In this document: one piece after another, positions 61,074 through 64,000 of the stretch
Layout of the letters: the number at the start of each line of letters is the position of its first letter
Numbering within the stretch: position 1 is the stretch's first letter
Assembly: GCA_030390025.1 (NCBI GenBank)
Contig: CM059438.1
Span: forward strand, 88,102,001 to 88,166,000
Source of the DNA: Squalus acanthias
Lineage: Eukaryota
Direction of reading: 5' to 3'
Length of the DNA stretch: 64,000 bases
The notes under the pieces: generated by a model
Told to the model about the DNA's origin: nothing
Databases searched by the model: none
Seen by the model: the letters and a program-made list of their open reading frames with translations, nothing else
Translations under genes and position numbers: made by a program

Positions 61074-64000
61074 GATTCAACCGTGAAGGCTAAACCTTAG
61101 ATGGCAGCTAATGAACCCCATTAAGTGACTTCCTTTACTTAACTGAGCTGCAGAAGCCAGTTCATGCCAAGGTGCTTCACCTTCGGAACTTTGTTTTTAA
61201 ACAAGGGCGCAGAACAGGTGGCACCACTCTAGGGAAACGTTCCAAGTTTTATGCCATTGCCTGCATTCAATTTCCTTTCCTACCATCCGTGCCAAGCTGT
61301 TTTAAGTGTCCTATGTTGGACCCATTCATACAGCTCACTTTAACTAGCAGACCAGATGTGGTCTGCAAATAGACTCTGCTTTGGAGACTGTTTTGACATT
61401 GTTAGGTACAAAGGTACGACAGTTCACTCACTGATCGTGGACTTCTGTTTATAGAATAACAAATAGCGGTACTAGCAATTGCACAGGAAACCTTAAAATA
61501 TAATTATGTACTGTAGGAGAAAGACTGGCTCATTGTAAATACTAGATTGCTAGTTTGATGTGCTGTATTGGATTTTTTTTTTGCATGAGTATGACTGAAT
61601 GCCAGTAATTGAGGATTTGTTATGAAAAACAAACTAATTGTACATAAGAGACGGAGAGAAGTGTTTTAGCCAGGCTGGTACTGAAAGGGCTGGGATGGCT
61701 CCTAACGATTGTTCAATGTCATCAATTAGCAGACTCAAAAGGCGCAACACATGCCTTTGTACATTTTGTGCATGGACTCTGCATTATGGAGTTTGAAAAT
61801 GTTAAGCAGAGTGTTTTTTAAGGACTGTCTCTTTTTTTTGTTTACTGTTAGGAGTTGAGCTGCAGTTGAACATTTTCAATAGCGGGGGAAAGTTCTGTAG
61901 TTGAGACTGGAGGTTTCTGTACATAGCAAGTCTACAAATTAACTCTTCAAAGCAGTAGGGTTGTCTGCTGAGTTTGACTGTCCAACCGTTCAAGTAGTCA
62001 GTGAATTAACCTCTATTTGCAAGGTCGTCTTCATATTAACTCGTGGAAAATAGATGCTGCTGGGTAGAGTGCTATCCTTGCTGCTTTAGGTTGTTAGGCA
62101 CACATCCAGGTTATTAATGTTGTCTAGGTCTGCACATCTAGAAAGGGAATCTGATACCATGTTTGATTAGTTGACAACAATCATTTGTTGCACCTGAAAA
62201 GAAATGTTTCCTTCCTGTATTTAGGGGAATAAAAAGTAACCCTCAATAATGATGCAGCACATGTGCGTCCAGGTAAGGAAATACATACACGTGCACATAT
62301 TATAAAACCCCAAAATGCAGAAGTCCGTGTTGGTTGTTTTCAATGTCACCATGCCGACTCTAAATTATTGTATAGGTTTAAGCAATCGGCATTATTAGTT
62401 TTAACCCTTTCACCAGCACAGACTTGGAATAATGCTGAAACACAATATAGTTGATAAATATACGTGGATGTTCTGAAATATATTGTCAAACATAATATTC
62501 TTGGTTTTCCTAGAGGGAGGTGTTTTAACTGGGCCTCTATCATTCAGCACCATTTTCACTGCAGTCCCTGTTCTCTAGCAGGTGGTTTAGTTTGCAAGAT
62601 GGAGCAAGCCATGGGTATATTTGATGAATTAGTAAAATGAGTGTTGTATAAACACACGAACCCGTTTAAAATATCTGGTCCCTAAATGGCACCAAATTTA
62701 TTTTGATTATTACCACTATTGTCTCACTTGTTTGAGAAATTTCAAATTTAGCATAGTGAGTGCAGTTAATTTCATAAGATTTTCAGTCAGATAATGAATT
62801 ATAAAAACAAATATTGAATTTGGTACAGGAAGAACTTTTTTACTTAAACACTGACCCGGTGAAGGGGTTAAATCCAGTCTGAGAGCTTCAGATACTTCAA
62901 ATCTTGGTCTACATTTGCTGTTTGCTCTGCATTCACTTTAGACGCATGCAGGGCCTGTCCTCGCTACTAGGAGGATGACACACGCAATAGCAGTTTGGTT
63001 GCGCCAGCAGATTGTGCCCACTAACCTGTTCAGAATTGGGAAAGCATGTTGTGGAAGGAAATAACGTTTTTGGACAATTCGTATCCCTATTTTCTCTTGC
63101 TTTAAGTGAAAAAGGAGATCACCTTGTATATGAGCTTTACTTCCGAGTGCTGACCCAAAGGGTTTCCTTCCACTCTACATGCTCACCTGCAACAGGCTAA
63201 AATGAATAGAGTAGGCAAGTTTGACCTCGATTTGTATTAATTCTGAATTCAGGGCTTGGTTTCTTTACCAAACGATGGCAAGCTAATTGGTTTATGTCTG
63301 ACATTTTTAAAACCAATTGTGGTAGATCAAAAAGAGGTTGGTTCCGATAACTGGTGCCTGGATAAAAGCTAACGCTTTCCCACAGAGGATTGTCAAAGAA
63401 GAGGTGCTTTATCCTCTGTTAATGTTAGTGGAAACAGTTGGTATGAGTGTAAATCAAATTAACTCCACATTTGTGAACAGAATTATGCCCAAGTTGTTCA
63501 AAGTAGCTATATTTTGGCCTCAGTCAGTTACAGTTTTAATTTGAGCCAGCAGGGGTAACTTAATATTGTTTTAAAGTTGTTTTGTTTCAGGCTATCAAAA
63601 TAAGACATTTGGACAGTTTTATACTTGGAAGTGGATTACAGTCTTTGCTAAATCATTAGATGGGACAAAGTTCTATTTCCAGGAAAAGTATTTCACAATT
63701 GCCAGATTATTGATGGTGTGTATCCCATAACTTTAGAAAAACACATTGTGACTGACATAAGATGGGCATCGGAATTACATTTTGGGTAAGGTTTCAATTA
63801 GATTGCATGTTTCTTTATACTCAACTCAATAACCTATCTGTGCTGAAACTAATATCTGGACATTTGAAGTCGGAATTCAAACAATCGGCAAGATTTCCAG
63901 AAACCAGATTTGGTTTGCTGATTTAGCTGAATTAATATGTGAAATATCCAGTGAAATAGCTTATTGGCTTTGTGTTTCCTGGTCTGCAGGTTAAACTGAT
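61074..64000 (+). other. Probable RAPGEF1 3' UTR (end undefined; AATAAA at 62228-62233)
   Basis: Follows the stop codon and lacks recognisable repeats; the actual poly(A) site cannot be determined from sequence alone. Confidence 0.55.

Noticed and set aside
61074-64000. Short ORFs downstream of the stop as a second gene
   Set aside because: No recognisable domains or consistent splice structure; best read as 3' UTR or flank.

Overview
Vertebrate genomic DNA, most likely a shark or other elasmobranch, judging from the HE1-type V-SINEs, DeuSINEs and CR1/L2/Penelope content. The window holds the 3' two-thirds of RAPGEF1 (C3G) on the + strand. I traced 14 core coding exons by hand, from the last Crk-SH3-binding motif through the REM and CDC25 domains to the stop at 61071-61073. 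Three in-frame Ser-rich cassette exons (9956-10138, 21859-22113, 26145-26237) are missed or only partly caught by the ORF track. One intron (44818-45625) is a minor-spliceosome AT-AC intron. The introns contain decayed CR1, L2, RTE and Penelope retroelements, SINEs and MITEs. The most notable observations are: (i) short Penelope-derived insertions carrying minimal hammerhead ribozyme cores, some as near-perfect palindromes, nearly all with 12-13 bp target-site duplications; (ii) a candidate 24-nt microexon and a candidate extra cassette exon; (iii) a 340-nt antisense open exon with canonical splice sites; (iv) two related MITEs whose terminal repeats have diverged in concert. I see no clear evidence for a wholly new biological system. 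These are testable candidates, and repeat-family names come from recalled consensus features, not database searches.
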